From Myxococcota bacterium (GTDB lineage: Bacteria; Myxococcota_A; UBA9160; PR03): a DNA stretch of 28,031 bases. Position 1 is the first letter of the stretch, and each line of letters begins with the position of its first letter. Positions 27,178 to 28,031 of this stretch are shown one piece after another. Under the pieces are notes generated by a model. It ran no database searches. It was not told the DNA's origin and saw nothing but the letters and a program-made list of their open reading frames with translations. The DNA is taken from positions 1 through 28,031 of the forward strand of contig JBFIML010000050.1 of NCBI GenBank assembly GCA_041611735.1, written 5' to 3'. Position numbers and translations under genes: made by a program.

Positions 27178-27323
27178 CCGTGCTCCTCGCGGGCCGGCCG
27201 CCGCGGCCCGGCCCCATGGCTCCCAATTCTACGCGAGTCCTCGGCAACCCGCATTCGAGGCGCAGGCAGGCGGGTCAAGCGACCGGCCCTGAGCGACGAA
27301 GAGCCCGAGGGGGGCCTGCAGCC

Positions 27324-28016
27324 ATGGACGCGGGGGTCTGGATCCTGGGGAGCGCCTTCGGGGGCGCCGCCCTCCTGGTGGGCGGGTGCCTGGGGCGCCG
27401 GCGCGCCGCCGAAGCGCGCCTGCGGGCGCTCGGCTTCGAGCCGTGCCCCGGGGAGGCCGGCCGCCTGCGGCGCGCCTGGACGGAGCTGGCCGGGGGGCGC
27501 GGCGACGCCCGCGTTCGCCACTACCACGTGGGCCGTTGCTTCGTGCGCCGGGACGCCGTCGCCACCGTGCACCGCTTCACGGCCACGGACCTGGCCGAGG
27601 CGGACCGCGAGCGGCGCGGCCTCGGCGGACCCGTGGACGTCTTCCTGGTGGCGCCCCCCAACCCGGCGGGCCTGCCCGCGCAGCCGGTCTGCGTCGTTCT
27701 CGCCCCGCGCGGGCCCCGCTTCCTGCGCGCGTGGCTCGAACGCCGCGTGCAGGCGGACCCCTACGGACCGGCGCTCGCCCTGTCCTCGGACCGCAACGAG
27801 GCGCGGGCCTTCCTGGCCGCCTTCGGCGCCGCCCCAGGGCGCCTGGAGGAAGCCCTGTCGCCGGCGTTGCGCCAGCGGCTGGTGCGTGCCGCCGCGGCGG
27901 GCTTCCTGGTCGCCCACCTGGGAGGAGCAGGCGTCGCCCTGGCGACGCGGCCGGAGCGGGCCGACCTGGCCCGCCAGTGGCGTCACGTGGCCGAGTGGCT
28001 GCCGGCGCCCGCCTAG
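27324..28016 (+). CDS. Hypothetical protein with N-terminal membrane anchor
   Basis: ATG 27324 follows a purine-rich GAGGGGGG. Hydrophobic N-terminus AGVWILGSAFGGAALLVGG followed by RRR. Stop TAG ends at 28016. Confidence 0.65.
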   Translation: MDAGVWILGSAFGGAALLVGGCLGRRRAAEARLRALGFEPCPGEAGRLRRAWTELAGGRGDARVRHYHVGRCFVRRDAVATVHRFTATDLAEADRERRGLGGPVDVFLVAPPNPAGLPAQPVCVVLAPRGPRFLRAWLERRVQADPYGPALALSSDRNEARAFLAAFGAAPGRLEEALSPALRQRLVRAAAAGFLVAHLGGAGVALATRPERADLARQWRHVAEWLPAPA

Positions 28017-28031
28017 CCCTCCTCCAGCTCG

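Noticed and set aside
1-28031. CRISPR array, tRNA/rRNA, transposase/integrase or prophage genes
   Set aside because: I saw no spaced direct repeats, RNA-gene signatures, mobile-element motifs or compositional island by eye. A covariance-model scan was not possible.

Overview
A very GC-rich bacterial chromosomal segment (roughly three-quarters G+C by eye), densely coding, with 25 credible CDSs. The gene content (DUF3604, FlhG/MinD-HTH, REC-PilZ) suggests a Myxococcota/deltaproteobacterium-like host, but that is inference. Most long ORFs in the supplied track are GC-rich shadow frames. In order, the real genes are: aldehyde dehydrogenase (5'-truncated), a membrane protein, a DUF3604 exported metallo-hydrolase, a MinD/FlhG ATPase fused to a RodZ-type HTH, pstSCAB with a triple Pho box, a glutamate-cysteine-ligase-family ligase plus an M14/AstE-type deacylase, DUF427, cytochrome P450, a lipoprotein, a small hypothetical, a CBS protein, an NTF2/SnoaL protein, dps, an SDR-DUF2867 protein, a glucuronokinase-like GHMP kinase with a raffinose-synthase/GH36-like hydrolase, a pseudo-receiver-PilZ protein, ppk1, a Cys-rich MarR with arsM, a degenerate PD-(D/E)XK-like protein with a UvrD/PcrA-type Tudor tail, and a membrane-anchored hypothetical. 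I saw no rRNA, tRNA, CRISPR array or mobile element. The best candidates for undescribed biology are the GH36-like hydrolase/glucuronokinase-like kinase pair, the pseudo-nuclease-Tudor protein, the MarR-arsM unit sharing a promoter region with ppk1, and the ligase/deacylase pair. All family calls come from motif recognition by eye, not database searches.
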